Part shown: in pieces, positions 1-11,989 of the stretch
Layout of the letters: each line of letters begins with the position of its first letter
Numbering within the stretch: position 1 is the first letter of the stretch
From: Alphaproteobacteria bacterium
GTDB taxonomy: Bacteria > Pseudomonadota > Alphaproteobacteria > RF32 > CAG-239
Direction: 5' to 3'
Assembly: GCA_017465945.1 (NCBI GenBank)
Contig: JAFTVD010000023.1
Span: forward strand, 37,104 to 101,103
DNA: 64,000 bases
The notes under the pieces: generated by a model
What the model was told of the DNA's origin: nothing
What the model saw: only the letters and a program-made list of their open reading frames with translations
Databases searched by the model: none
Position numbers and translations under genes: made by a program

Positions 1-446
1 AATTGTTAATTCAATATGGGGCAAATGTTAATTTTAAAGCAAAAAATGGTGAAAACTTATTATGGTATATGTTACGTACAAATGGAGATGAAGAGTATAT
101 TATCTTATTATTAGAAAGTGGTATTGATACGAGTGTACCTAATTTTGCTGGTAAAACTCCTCTTTGGTATATGTTATTAAATGGGGGAAATGCTAATTTG
201 TTAAATGCGTTTATCAGGTTTGAAAAAGATATTAACAAACCTAATGCAAAAGGGGATACACCTTTATTATATGCGGTTAAAAATGAATTTCCGGCAGAAG
301 TGATTAAGACTTTATTAGAAAATGGCGCGGATCCTGAGTATAGAGATGTTAATGGAATGAATATGATGGATATTTTGTCGCAAAATCAGTTTTTTGATGA
401 CACTATAAAAGAACAAACAAGAGAAGATGTGCTTAATCAATGGTAA
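1..446 (+). CDS. Ankyrin-repeat protein, 3' part (5' end lies outside the window)
   Basis: Repeated ankyrin motifs GANVN, GKTPLWY, GDTPLLYA, LLENGADP; frame open from the window edge. Confidence 0.85.
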   Translation, partial: LLIQYGANVNFKAKNGENLLWYMLRTNGDEEYIILLLESGIDTSVPNFAGKTPLWYMLLNGGNANLLNAFIRFEKDINKPNAKGDTPLLYAVKNEFPAEVIKTLLENGADPEYRDVNGMNMMDILSQNQFFDDTIKEQTREDVLNQW

Positions 447-450
447 AATT

Positions 451-477
451 AAACTCCCCTTTGAGGGGAGTTTTTTT
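451..477. terminator. Intrinsic terminator between convergent genes
   Basis: aaactcccct-ttg-aggggagttt stem followed by a T run. Confidence 0.75.
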
Positions 478-492
478 GAAGTTATTGATTTA

Positions 493-2169
493 TTAAAATA
501 AGCCGGTTATGTTGCCAAAATCATCTACATCTATGTTTTCGGCTGCAGGGATTTTAGGAAGTCCTGGCATGGTATTGATTGAACCTGATAGGGCTACAAC
601 AAATCCTGCACCTGCTGATAGTCTTACAGAGGTGATAGGGAATGTGTAGTCTTTGGGGGCGCCTATTAATGTTTTGTCATGAGATATAGAATTTTGGGTT
701 TTAGCAATACAGATAGGTAATTTTGAATAGCCCCAAGAGGTGAATTTTTCTAAATCTTGTAAGGCGCTATCAGTAAAAGTAACATCTTTTGCTCGATATA
801 TTTCTTTGGCTATGATTTCTATTTTTTCTTTTAAGCTGGCTACAGCTGGGTATAGCATGTGAAGATGCGATTGATAATTCTGATTGTTTTCTATTTGATT
901 TATGATTGCTTTTGCTAAATTTATACAACCACGTCCTCCTTTTTCCCAACCTTTTGAAACAATAGCTTCAACGTTTTCTTGTTTGCATAATTTTTTTAAT
1001 AAGTTTAGTTCCTTTTTCGTATCTGTTATGAAATTATTTATTGCAACAACTGGAGTTATGCCAAATTTCTTTAAGTTTTCTATATGAGTTTTTAGGTTTT
1101 CAAATCCAGATTTTAGTGCGGTTAGATTTTCGATTGATAGATTATTTTTTTCAATACCGCCGTGCATTTTTAGCGCTCTAATGGTTGCAACTAATACAAC
1201 AGCTTTAGGGAATAGGTTAGTTTTACGTCCAAAAATGTTAAAAAACTTTTCTGATCCTAAATCTGCGCCAAAACCTGCTTCGGTTATAACATAATCTGCT
1301 AATTTTAGGGCTGTTCTAGTTGCAATAACAGAACTTGTGCCATGAGCTATATTGGCAAATGGACCACCATGAACAAGAGCAGGGGTATGTTCTAGGGTTT
1401 GAACGAGGTTTGGCAAAATCGCATCTTTTAGGATTGCAGTCATAGCGCCTGTTGCTTTGAGGTCTTTGGCATATATTGGCTTTCCTTCTTTTGTTTGTCC
1501 GATAACGATTTGATTTAATTTTTCTTTTAGGTCTTTTATATCTTCACTTAAACATAAAATTGCCATTATTTCAGATGCAACAGAGATATTAAAGCCATCT
1601 GTTCTTGGAATACCATTAATAGGCCCACCTAAACCTATTTCTATTTCTCTTAAAGAGCGATCATTTAAATCTACGCAACGTTTAAAAAATACTTTGTCAA
1701 AACCAAGGGAGTTACCATGTTTGATATGATTATCTATAAGGGCAGAAAGGAGGTTATTTGCAGATGTTATGGCATGAATATCACCGGTGAAATTTAGGTT
1801 AATATCTTCCATTGGGATTACTTGAGAATATCCACCGCCTGTTGCTCCACCTTTTATGCCAAAGCAGGGGCCAAGTGATGGTTCTCTTAAAGATAAGCAA
1901 ATACGTTTTTTTAATCTATTAAAAGCATCTGCTAAGCCTATTGATACGGTTGATTTACCTTCACCGGCAGGAGTTGGGGTGAGGGCTGTTACAAGGATGA
2001 GATTACCAAGTTTGGTATCATCTTTTAGAGATGATAACGTTTTTCTTGAGATTTTTGCTTTATAATGCCCATAAGGTTCAATGTCCTCATGTGTTAGATT
2101 TAATTTTTTGGCTATTTTATTGATTTTAAACGGGTTTGCATTATTTGAAATCTCAATATCGGTTAACAT
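493..2169 (-). CDS. fhs: Formate--tetrahydrofolate ligase
   Basis: TPTPAGEGKST P-loop, GIKGGATGGGYSQV, HGGPFANIAHG, TMPGLPK. Confidence 0.97.
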   Translation of the reverse strand: MLTDIEISNNANPFKINKIAKKLNLTHEDIEPYGHYKAKISRKTLSSLKDDTKLGNLILVTALTPTPAGEGKSTVSIGLADAFNRLKKRICLSLREPSLGPCFGIKGGATGGGYSQVIPMEDINLNFTGDIHAITSANNLLSALIDNHIKHGNSLGFDKVFFKRCVDLNDRSLREIEIGLGGPINGIPRTDGFNISVASEIMAILCLSEDIKDLKEKLNQIVIGQTKEGKPIYAKDLKATGAMTAILKDAILPNLVQTLEHTPALVHGGPFANIAHGTSSVIATRTALKLADYVITEAGFGADLGSEKFFNIFGRKTNLFPKAVVLVATIRALKMHGGIEKNNLSIENLTALKSGFENLKTHIENLKKFGITPVVAINNFITDTKKELNLLKKLCKQENVEAIVSKGWEKGGRGCINLAKAIINQIENNQNYQSHLHMLYPAVASLKEKIEIIAKEIYRAKDVTFTDSALQDLEKFTSWGYSKLPICIAKTQNSISHDKTLIGAPKDYTFPITSVRLSAGAGFVVALSGSINTMPGLPKIPAAENIDVDDFGNITGLF

Positions 2170-2182
2170 ATAAATATCCTTT

Positions 2183-2569
2183 TTAGTTAGCTTGGAAGTT
2201 CTTTAGGGCTTCTTCGAATTGTTGTTCAGAGGCTTTAGTCCAGCCCATGATGTAGTTATCTTTCATGCAGAAAAGAGGAAGGCGAAGTTCTTGATTTTTG
2301 ATGTTAAATTTTTTAACACATTGTTTGTATAAGTCTAGGTTGTGTTTGTCTTTCATGTCTGTTATTGGGAGATTTAACTCGGGGTGGCGAGTGTATAAAT
2401 ATATATAAGCATCTTTACATGATATACACATTGAATGAGCAAAAAAGTATATTTTATCATGGATTAAATTTTCTTCAGGAGCAGGGGCTGTTATATCATT
2501 TGGAGAGGTTTGAGCGTTTGCAACTGAAATATTAAAAGCAAGCAATAATGATAAAATAAGCGTTTTCAT
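2183..2569 (-). CDS. Exported thioredoxin/glutaredoxin-like CxxC protein
   Basis: Signal peptide (MKTLILSLLLAFNISVANA), YFFAHSMCISCK motif, cis-Pro-like LPLF. Confidence 0.6.
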   Translation of the reverse strand: MKTLILSLLLAFNISVANAQTSPNDITAPAPEENLIHDKIYFFAHSMCISCKDAYIYLYTRHPELNLPITDMKDKHNLDLYKQCVKKFNIKNQELRLPLFCMKDNYIMGWTKASEQQFEEALKNFQAN

Positions 2570-2738
2570 TTTCTGTGTGACTCCTGATGTAGTTTAATAT
2601 ATTAAGGTATATTAATTAGATAACCTTTTTTTAGCAAGTAGTTAAAAGGTGTTTTCCACTTTATTTGAAAAGAGGGTGAAAAAATAAAATGATTCTTTTT
2701 CAATGGGTTTGTTTTAAAAGAGAAAAAAATTTTTCTTG

Positions 2739-2754
2739 TTAAGATTATGCTAAC
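2739..2754 (+). promoter_or_regulatory. CtrA-like box upstream of ccrM
   Basis: TTAA-gattatg-CTAAC, one mismatch to TTAA-N7-TTAAC; ccrM is a known CtrA target in Caulobacter. Confidence 0.55.
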
Positions 2755-2805
2755 TAAATTTGTTTTATTGTATGCTCATTAGTGATATCACTTTTATAGG
2801 GATAG

Positions 2806-3912
<1,107 letters not shown>

Positions 3913-5058
3913 ATGATAAAAATAAACGGAAAACCTGGACTTAAGAAAAAAAATAAAAATGCGGGCAGACCGGATAGAGTTAGTATACCGATAAAAAATG
4001 GTAATATTACGCAAAGTAATTATGTGGCGATTGATTTAGGTACTAATTCTTGTAGGCTTGTTGTGGCGACTCCTACAACAACATCTTTTAGAGTGGTGGA
4101 GACTTATTCAAAAGTTGTGCGTTTAGGGGAAGGGATTATTCAAGATAATGAGCTTTCTATGAAAGCTATGAGAAGAACTTTGCAAGCTTTAAAAGTTTGT
4201 AGAGGTGTTATTGATGAATACATGCCAATAGCTAGTTCTCGTTTTGTGGCAACGGCTGCTTGTAGAAGGGCTAAAAATGTTGGCACTTTTGTTGATATGG
4301 TGAAAAAAGAAGCCGGTATTGAGTTAGAAGTTATTTCATCTAAAGAAGAAGCTAGACTTTCTGTGGTAGGGTGTTTGCCTTTACTTAATAGAAACATTAA
4401 AAGGGTATTAGTATTTGATATTGGTGGTGGTTCTACGCAAATATCTTTGGCTAGAGTTACTGATTTTGGTAAAACATTTATTGAGGGGTTTGTTTCACTT
4501 CCTTATGGTGTGGTTACTATTTCGGAAGCATTTGCTGGTCATGAAATGAGTAAATTAGAGTACAATACCGTTTTGGAGCGTACTCAAAGTATTTTACAAG
4601 AGTTTGAAGAAAAGCACCAAATTATGGATGCTATTTTAAATCAAGAAATACAAGTTATTGGAACATCTGGTACGGTTACGGTTATTGGGGCTGTTCATCT
4701 TAAACTTCCTCGCTATAATAGGTCGGCTGTTGATGGTATTGCTATTTCTCAACCTGATATTGGATATACAATTAATAAAATTAAAACTATGGGGGCAGAG
4801 GGAAGATGTAAACATCCTTGTATTGGACAGAGTAAGTCTGATTTAACGATTGCAGGTTGTGCGATTATTGAAGCTTTGACTACATTTTGGCCTATATCTG
4901 AAATCACTATTGCGGATCGTGGAATTCGTGAAGGTATTTTACTTGATTTAATGCACTCTAAAAAACAACAAAATAATCATCATAAAAAGAAAAAACGTGG
5001 ACGTTTTCCGTTTGATAGGAGAAATGATAATGGTAGATTTAATAAAAAAAGTAAATGA
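3913..5058 (+). CDS. ppx: Ppx/GppA family phosphatase
   Basis: AIDLGTNSCRL, VATAACR, EEARL, DIGGGSTQ, DRGIREG. Confidence 0.88.
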   Translation: MIKINGKPGLKKKNKNAGRPDRVSIPIKNGNITQSNYVAIDLGTNSCRLVVATPTTTSFRVVETYSKVVRLGEGIIQDNELSMKAMRRTLQALKVCRGVIDEYMPIASSRFVATAACRRAKNVGTFVDMVKKEAGIELEVISSKEEARLSVVGCLPLLNRNIKRVLVFDIGGGSTQISLARVTDFGKTFIEGFVSLPYGVVTISEAFAGHEMSKLEYNTVLERTQSILQEFEEKHQIMDAILNQEIQVIGTSGTVTVIGAVHLKLPRYNRSAVDGIAISQPDIGYTINKIKTMGAEGRCKHPCIGQSKSDLTIAGCAIIEALTTFWPISEITIADRGIREGILLDLMHSKKQQNNHHKKKKRGRFPFDRRNDNGRFNKKSK

Positions 5059-5980
5059 TGGTGAATGTGTTGCTGCTTTAGATTTAGGTACTAATTCTAA
5101 TAGATTGTTGATTGTTAATGCAAAAGGTGAGCCTATATTTAGAGATGTTAGGCATGTGGCATTAGGTGAAGGATTAGCTGAAAATAAGTGCTTTTGTGAA
5201 AAAGCAATGGATAGGGCTATTTGCTCTTATATGGATTTTAACGAAATGATGAACGCTCATAATGTTAAAAGATATAGAGCGATAGCAACGGCTGCTTGTA
5301 GAATGAGTACAAATACTAAAAGTTTTTTAGAAGACGTTAAAAAAGTTTCGGGGATTGATGTTGAGGTTATTAGTGAATATGAAGAGGCTCGCTTAACATT
5401 AAAAGGTGCTATGCTTAATGCCCCTAAAGATAAAAAATATATTTTTGTTTATGATTTAGGAGGAGGTTCGACAGAGATTACTCTTGCAACAAATGATGAA
5501 AATCCTCAAATTTTGGCGACTATATCTATTCCTCTTGGGGCTCGCAATGCAACAGAAATGTATGATTTGAGAAATTATAATCGCAAAAAGGCTTTAGATT
5601 TAAGAGAAGATGTCGAAAAATATGTTGATGAGTTGCTAGATAAAGTAAAGAATATAGATTATAAAGATAATGTTGCATTGGTTGCTACATCTTCTACACC
5701 TTTGAGATTGGCGGCTTGTTATTTAGAACTACCTAAATACGATAAGTTTGAAGCTGATGGGGTTAGGGTTAAGATTGAAGACTTGGATAAATTGATTGCA
5801 TCACTTTTAAAGCTTAAATATAAGCAAAGAGTAAGCTCTCCTTATATTGGTCCGAATCGTGCGCCTATTTTTGTGGCAGCACTAGTTATTTTTAGGGCTA
5901 TTTATAAAAAATTAGGGGTTAATGAGATGATTGCATCATTAAAAGCGGCGCAAGAAGCTATTGTTGATGAATTACTTTAA
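5030..5980 (+). CDS. Second Ppx/GppA family phosphatase (start probably ATG 5030, or 5024)
   Basis: ALDLGTNSNRL, IATAACR, EEARL, DLGGGSTE; AGGAGA SD at 5017-5022. Confidence 0.85.
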   Translation: MVDLIKKVNDGECVAALDLGTNSNRLLIVNAKGEPIFRDVRHVALGEGLAENKCFCEKAMDRAICSYMDFNEMMNAHNVKRYRAIATAACRMSTNTKSFLEDVKKVSGIDVEVISEYEEARLTLKGAMLNAPKDKKYIFVYDLGGGSTEITLATNDENPQILATISIPLGARNATEMYDLRNYNRKKALDLREDVEKYVDELLDKVKNIDYKDNVALVATSSTPLRLAACYLELPKYDKFEADGVRVKIEDLDKLIASLLKLKYKQRVSSPYIGPNRAPIFVAALVIFRAIYKKLGVNEMIASLKAAQEAIVDELL

Positions 5981-5997
5981 TTTGAAGGTGTAAGTAT

Positions 5998-6690
5998 ATG
6001 GCAAAACTAACAAAATCTGCAAAAGAAGTTCGTGGTCGTAAGATGCTTGCGGTTAAGCTTAAAGATGGTAGATATCATTCTTCATCTTCAAATAGATGGC
6101 TAGAGCGTCAACTTAATGACCCGTATGTACAAGAAGCTAAAAGATTAGGTTATCGCTCAAGAGCTGCGTTTAAGCTTATTCAATTAGATGAAAAATATAA
6201 ATTTTTGAGCAAAAACAAAGTTGTTGTTGATTTAGGATGTGCTCCTGGTGGATGGTCGCAGGTTGCAAGCCTTAAACTTAAAGGAACAGGTAAACTTGTT
6301 GGGCTTGATATTTTGCCAACTGAACCTATGGATGGAGCGACATTTGTTTGTCAGGATTTTACTGAAGAGGGGGCTACTGAAAAACTTTTAGAGTTATTAG
6401 ATGGAAGTCGAGCAAATGTGGTGATGAGTGATATGGCGGCAAATACAACAGGACATCAGCAAACAGATCATTTAAGAACGATTGGTTTGGTTGAAGCTGC
6501 ATATGAATTTGCAAAGACTGTATTAGCTATAGATGGAATTTTTATTGCTAAAGTTTTCCAAGGTGGAGCAGAAGGTGGGCTTTTGGCTGATATGAAGAAG
6601 AATTTTAAGAAAGTTTCTCACTATAAGCCTGATGCTAGCCGTGATAAATCACCTGAATGTTATGTTGTGGCACAAGGATTTAAGGGATAA
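5998..6690 (+). CDS. rlmE: 23S rRNA Um2552 methyltransferase RlmE/FtsJ
   Basis: RWLERQLNDPYV, YRSRAAFKL, DLGCAPGGWSQ, SDMAANTTGH, KPDASR. Confidence 0.95.
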   Translation: MAKLTKSAKEVRGRKMLAVKLKDGRYHSSSSNRWLERQLNDPYVQEAKRLGYRSRAAFKLIQLDEKYKFLSKNKVVVDLGCAPGGWSQVASLKLKGTGKLVGLDILPTEPMDGATFVCQDFTEEGATEKLLELLDGSRANVVMSDMAANTTGHQQTDHLRTIGLVEAAYEFAKTVLAIDGIFIAKVFQGGAEGGLLADMKKNFKKVSHYKPDASRDKSPECYVVAQGFKG

Positions 6691-6708
6691 AATAAAAAAT
6701 ATGTAATT

Positions 6709-6737
6709 AAAAAGGCACTTTAACTAAAGTGCCTTTT
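6709..6737. terminator. Bidirectional intrinsic terminator (rlmE/glyQS)
   Basis: aaaaaggcacttta-ac-taaagtgcctttt. Confidence 0.75.
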
Positions 6738-6761
6738 TGTTTGATTTAAATGATATTTTTT

Positions 6762-8126
6762 TTAAGCAAAATATTCTCTTAAATATGTTGGTAAATCTTT
6801 TGTTTCTATACGAATTTGCTCCATTGTATCTCTATCTCTTAAAGTTACTGTTTCAGGAGATTGCTCAATGGTATCAAAATCAACAGTTAAGCAAAGTGGT
6901 GTACCAATTTCATCATGACGACGATATGCTTTACCGATATTACCAGTATTTTCTAATGCAACACGTCCAATACCTAGTTTCATTAGGTTTTTCTTTAATT
7001 CATGACATTTTGCCATAATTGCTTCGCTATTTTTCTTTAGTGGAACAATAGCAATTTTAATTGGAGCTAGGTGTTTTTTTAGTTTCATAACGATACGTTC
7101 AGAGCCATTTTCTAGTTTTTCTTCAGTGTAACCTTCGGTTAAAACAGCAAGAACTGCTCTATCTACTCCCATAGATGGTTCGATTACATAAGGAACTATC
7201 CAAGAGTTTGTTTCATCATCACGAATACACATTTTGGTATTTGATTCATGATTTTCATGGCAATGAGCTTCAAGAGTAAATTCTTCTTGAGCTTTGGTAT
7301 GATTACCTAAGTCATAATCACGACGATTTGCGATACCTTCTAATTCTTCAATACCATGTGGGAAAGAATATTCTATATCTGAACATGCTTTTGCATAGTG
7401 TGCTAGTTCATCTGGTTTTTGATCGTATACTCTAAATCTGTCTCTTGGTAAACCTTGTTCTACCCACCAGTTGATACGAGCTTGTTTCCAATGTTCGTGC
7501 CATTTTTCATCTTCACCAGGTTTAACAAAGAATTCTAATTCTGCTTGTTCAAATTCACGAACTCTAAAAATAAAGTTTTTAGGTGTAATTTCGTTTCTAA
7601 AGCTTTTACCAATTTGAGCTATACCAAATGGAAGTTTTCGAGATGTAGAATCTACAACATTTTTAAATTGTGTGAAGATTGCTTGTGCTGTTTCTGGTCT
7701 TAAATATGCAATATTATTTTCATCTACAACAGGACCTACGGTTGTTTTGAACATTAAGTTAAATGGACGTGGTTCTGTTAGGTCTGTTGAACCACAATTT
7801 GGGCATTTGCCATCTGTTAGGTGGTCTGCTCTAAAACGTCCTTTACACTTTTTGCAGTCTACCATTGGGTCGGAAAATGTATCTTCGTGACCAGAATAGT
7901 GCAATACTTTGCGGTTAGTTAAGATTGCAGCATCTAAACCTTCTACATCATCACGTTCATATACCATAGAACGCCACCAAGCTTGTTTGATGTTATTTTT
8001 TAATTCAACGCCTAATGGACCATAGTCGTACAAACCTTGAAGACCGCCGTAAATGTCAGAGTTTTGAAAAATAAATCCTCTACGTTTACATAATGATACG
8101 AGTTGTTCCATTTGTGTTGCTGGCAT
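6762..8126 (-). CDS. glyQS: Glycine--tRNA ligase, homodimeric single-subunit type
   Basis: [52 protein letters not shown] and an anticodon-binding domain. Confidence 0.95.
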   Translation of the reverse strand: MPATQMEQLVSLCKRRGFIFQNSDIYGGLQGLYDYGPLGVELKNNIKQAWWRSMVYERDDVEGLDAAILTNRKVLHYSGHEDTFSDPMVDCKKCKGRFRADHLTDGKCPNCGSTDLTEPRPFNLMFKTTVGPVVDENNIAYLRPETAQAIFTQFKNVVDSTSRKLPFGIAQIGKSFRNEITPKNFIFRVREFEQAELEFFVKPGEDEKWHEHWKQARINWWVEQGLPRDRFRVYDQKPDELAHYAKACSDIEYSFPHGIEELEGIANRRDYDLGNHTKAQEEFTLEAHCHENHESNTKMCIRDDETNSWIVPYVIEPSMGVDRAVLAVLTEGYTEEKLENGSERIVMKLKKHLAPIKIAIVPLKKNSEAIMAKCHELKKNLMKLGIGRVALENTGNIGKAYRRHDEIGTPLCLTVDFDTIEQSPETVTLRDRDTMEQIRIETKDLPTYLREYFA

Positions 8127-8208
8127 TTTTTTACCCCTTTATATTAATATAATAGTTAAACCTAAAGGGGGATTTTAGATGATTTATTTTAAATTGCAAT
8201 AGTAAAAG

Positions 8209-8237
8209 AAAAAAGCCAGCGGTTAGGCTGGCTTTTT
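8209..8237 (-). terminator. Terminator after lon
   Basis: aaaaagccagc-ggttag-gctggcttttt. Confidence 0.75.
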
Positions 8238-8239
8238 AG

Positions 8240-10669
8240 TTAGTTTATTTCTTTGAGTGGTTTTATCTTTTTTTCCAAAGCGATATCCAATACTTCGATA
8301 GCGTTTTCTACCATGACAATATTTAACTCGTTTTTAACATTGTCTGGGAGCTCTTTTAAGTCTTTTTCGTTATCTTTTGGAATGATGACTGTTTTGATAC
8401 CACCACGAAGGGCTGATAATAGTTTTTCTTTTAACCCACCAATAGGAAGTACTCTTCCTTGTAGGGTTATTTCACCTGTCATTGCGACATCATTTTTTAC
8501 TGGTATTTTAGTAAATACAGATACTAGTGTTGTAAACATGGTAATACCTGCTGATGGGCCATCTTTTGGAGTTGCGCCTTCTGGGACGTGAACGTGGATA
8601 TCTGTTTTTTCAAACACCTCTGGGTTGATACCCAAAGATAGGGCATGAGAGCGAACTACAGAAAAAGCAGTATCGATTGATTCTTTCATCACATCACCAA
8701 GTTTTCCTGTTTGTTTTATTAAACCTTTTCCTGGCATATCTACGGCTTCGATAAAGAGGATATCTCCACCAACTTCTGTCCAAGCAAGTCCTGTTGTTAC
8801 ACCTATATGATTTTTTTCTTCTTTAATTCCGTAATGGTATTTTTTGATACCAAGATAATCTTCTAGGTTATTTGTATCTACAACAATATGAGGATCTTTT
8901 TGGTTTTCAATTAAAATATTTGTTGTTGATTTACGAGCGATTGTTGCAAGTTCACGCTCTAAATTTCTAACGCCTGATTCTGATGTGTAATAACGAATTA
9001 TGTCTCTTATACAATCATCTGTTATGAATAATTCTTCAGGTTTTACACCGTTTTCATTGAATACCTTTGGAATTAAATGGCGTTTGGCTATTTCGATTTT
9101 TTCATCTTCTGTGTAGCCATCTATACGGATTATTTCCATACGGTCAAGAAGAGGGCGTGGCATATTAAGTGAGTTTGCTGTTGTTACAAACATTACTTTT
9201 GATAAGTCATAATCTACTTCTAGATAGTGGTCGTTAAATGTTGAATTTTGTTCTGGATCTAAAACTTCTAGCAACGCAGAACTTGGATCACCTCGCCAAT
9301 CTGAACCTAGTTTATCTATTTCATCTAATAAGAATAGTGGGTTCGAGGTGCCTGCTTTTTTGATATTTTGGATAATTTTTCCCGGCATTGCCCCAATATA
9401 GGTACGGCGATGTCCTCTTATTTCTGATTCATCACGCATTCCACCTAAAGATGCTCGTACAAATTTACGACCAGTTGCTCTTGCGATTGAGCGACCAAGT
9501 GAGGTTTTACCAACACCAGGTGCTCCTACTAAACATAGAATAGGGCTTTTTAAGTTCTTTGAACGAGTTTGAACTGCTAAATGTTCAATGATACGCTCTT
9601 TTACTTTTTTTAAGCCAAAGTGGTCTTCATCTAAAACTTCGATAGCTTTATTTATGTCAGAAATTGTTGGAGAATTTTTCTTCCATGGAAGATCAATTAA
9701 CCAATCTAAGTAATTGCGAATAATAGTACTTTCGGCATTTAATGAGCCTGATGCTTTTAGCTTTCTAAGTTCTGCTAGGGCTTTATTTCTAGCTTCTTTA
9801 GAAAGTTTGGCTTGTTTTATTTTTTTAGTATAAAGAGATATTTCATCTTCTTGTCCATCACTGTTTTGAGTTAGTTCCTTTTGGATGGCACGCATTTGCT
9901 CATTTAGATAATACTCACGTTGGTTTTTCTCCATTTGGTCTTTGACACGTTTTTTGATTTTCTTTTCTACTTCTTCTTTAGTTCTTGTTTCACCAATAAA
10001 AGTAAGTAATTTTTCTAATACTTTAGCTTCGTTTGGAGCTTCTAGTATTTTTTGTTTGTCTGATGTTGGAATATCTAAATTGCCAATGATTGCAGCAATA
10101 AATTCTGTTGTATTGCTTGGGTTATAGATAGATGATAGGTTTTCTTTGGCGATTTTATTATAATCATGAGATTGATTTTTGAATTCATCACTAATTAATG
10201 ACATCATGGCGTTAATGCTTGATGTATCATCTTCATTTGTTTGGAAATCGTAAGCTTTGATGAAAGCTGTATAGTATTTGGCAAAAGTGTTTAATTTTTC
10301 TATTTTGATACGTCTTATTCCTTCTACCGCAATATTAAGAGTGCCATCAGGCATTACAATATAGCGCTTAATACGAGCAAGAGTTCCTACTTTATATAAA
10401 TCTTTTTCTTCAGGATATTCGGTTTTAGCTTCTATTTGTGTTAATAATACTAGAGGAGTATTATATTGATATGATGCTTGGGCAGCCTCTAGTGATACGG
10501 AACGGCCGACAAATAGGGAAGCGGTATTACCAGGGAATACGACTATATCTCGCAGTGATAATACTGGGTATTCTACATTTTCTAAAACGACAGAATCATC
10601 TAATGGGGTTAGATTTTCTTTATAATCTTCGTTTTCATTAATGTCGTTTTTGTCATCAGTACAGCTCAT
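8240..10669 (-). CDS. lon: ATP-dependent Lon protease
   Basis: GAPGVGKTS Walker A, RGHRRTYIGAMPG, PKDGPSAG catalytic Ser, IGGLKEK. Confidence 0.97.
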   Translation of the reverse strand: MSCTDDKNDINENEDYKENLTPLDDSVVLENVEYPVLSLRDIVVFPGNTASLFVGRSVSLEAAQASYQYNTPLVLLTQIEAKTEYPEEKDLYKVGTLARIKRYIVMPDGTLNIAVEGIRRIKIEKLNTFAKYYTAFIKAYDFQTNEDDTSSINAMMSLISDEFKNQSHDYNKIAKENLSSIYNPSNTTEFIAAIIGNLDIPTSDKQKILEAPNEAKVLEKLLTFIGETRTKEEVEKKIKKRVKDQMEKNQREYYLNEQMRAIQKELTQNSDGQEDEISLYTKKIKQAKLSKEARNKALAELRKLKASGSLNAESTIIRNYLDWLIDLPWKKNSPTISDINKAIEVLDEDHFGLKKVKERIIEHLAVQTRSKNLKSPILCLVGAPGVGKTSLGRSIARATGRKFVRASLGGMRDESEIRGHRRTYIGAMPGKIIQNIKKAGTSNPLFLLDEIDKLGSDWRGDPSSALLEVLDPEQNSTFNDHYLEVDYDLSKVMFVTTANSLNMPRPLLDRMEIIRIDGYTEDEKIEIAKRHLIPKVFNENGVKPEELFITDDCIRDIIRYYTSESGVRNLERELATIARKSTTNILIENQKDPHIVVDTNNLEDYLGIKKYHYGIKEEKNHIGVTTGLAWTEVGGDILFIEAVDMPGKGLIKQTGKLGDVMKESIDTAFSVVRSHALSLGINPEVFEKTDIHVHVPEGATPKDGPSAGITMFTTLVSVFTKIPVKNDVAMTGEITLQGRVLPIGGLKEKLLSALRGGIKTVIIPKDNEKDLKELPDNVKNELNIVMVENAIEVLDIALEKKIKPLKEIN

Positions 10670-11005
10670 TATAATATCCTTATTAAAAAAAGTTTTAATT
10701 AATATAATACCTATTTGGAGGCTTGTATGGTTATATAGTGTTTTATTTATGTTGTATCAACTCCAAGATTGCTTATTTTAGATTTTTTTTGATATTGTTT
10801 ACAATATGACAAGCGTTTTCATCCACAAAAAAGCTGTAAGTTGATGTAAATATGTGTTTTTTATATATTAGGTTATATATAAAGATGAAGAAAATTTAAC
10901 AGACATATATGATAATAAGGATGTTTGTAAGTTGTCTTTTTGTTTTGCACAATTTTATATGTAAGTATATTGTTGTTATAGTGTGTTTTTTGGGGGAGTG
11001 TTTTT

Positions 11006-11989
11006 TTGAAACGTTATATTGTAATAACAAGTATTTTTGAGCCAACAGAAGCTGTTAAACGTTTTGCTTTGTTGAAAGATTATCATGTTGTGGTGGTAGG
11101 AGATAAAAAATCTCCTTTAGTTTATGATTGTGATAATGTGACTTTTTTGTCTGTTAATGAGAGTTTAGGGTTTGAAATAGAAAAAGTTTTGCCATACAAT
11201 CATTATTCAAGAAAGATGATAGGTTATTTATATGCAATAAGTAATGGTGCTGATGTTATTATTGATTCAGATGATGATAATTTGGCTTTAGAGAATTTTT
11301 CATTTCCTGAATTTAAGGGAAAATATAAGTATATTGGTAAAGATGCATCATTTGTAAATGTTTATAAATATTTTACAGAGCAAAAAATATGGCCAAGAGG
11401 ATTGCCTTTAGAGGCTATTGATAATTATAAAGAATATGAAAAAAATAAAAAGATGTTTAATGTTGGATGTTGGCAAGGATTGGCTGATGAAGATCCTGAT
11501 GTTGATGCTATTTATAGATTAACAAATAATACTCCTTGTTATTTTAATAAAGATGTTGAGCCTTTTGTGTTGGAAAAAGGAACTTTGTCGCCATTTAATA
11601 CACAAAATACTGCGTTTATTAAAAAGATATTTCCGTTGTTGTATTTGCCATCATTGGTTAGTTTTAGATTTACTGATATATTAAAGGGATTGATTGCTCA
11701 ACCTATTATGTGGAATGAAGGGGTTAGATTAGGATTTACAACATCTACAGTTTTGCAAAAAAGAAATGAACATAATTATATGAAAGACTTTGCAATGGAA
11801 ATTCCTTGCTATTTGCATGCAAATAAGGTTGTGGAATTAGCAAAGAAGGCTGTTTTACCAGAAAATGACATATATGATAATCTTTATAATGTATATTTAA
11901 GTTTGGTTGAAAATGAAATTGTAGAAAAAGGTGAATTAGAAATCTTAAAAGCTTGGATTTTAGATTGTAAAAAGTTGTTAGGTAAATAG
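11006..11989 (+). CDS. STELLO/DUF288-like glycosyltransferase-family protein
   Basis: VVGDKKSP, PYNHYSRKMIGYLYAI, DSDDDN, WPRGLPL, QGLADEDPDVDAIYRL, RFTDI; TTG start with GGAG SD. Confidence 0.7.
   Translation: MKRYIVITSIFEPTEAVKRFALLKDYHVVVVGDKKSPLVYDCDNVTFLSVNESLGFEIEKVLPYNHYSRKMIGYLYAISNGADVIIDSDDDNLALENFSFPEFKGKYKYIGKDASFVNVYKYFTEQKIWPRGLPLEAIDNYKEYEKNKKMFNVGCWQGLADEDPDVDAIYRLTNNTPCYFNKDVEPFVLEKGTLSPFNTQNTAFIKKIFPLLYLPSLVSFRFTDILKGLIAQPIMWNEGVRLGFTTSTVLQKRNEHNYMKDFAMEIPCYLHANKVVELAKKAVLPENDIYDNLYNVYLSLVENEIVEKGELEILKAWILDCKKLLGK

Noticed and set aside
4997-5029. Longer GTG start for the second ppx
   Set aside because: The SD position favours ATG 5030 (or 5024); the extension lies inside the upstream gene
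10986-11008. T and G homopolymers around the SD and TTG start of the glycosylation cassette as a phase-variation switch
   Set aside because: Runs of 5-7 nt are common at this AT content; read-level length variation would be needed
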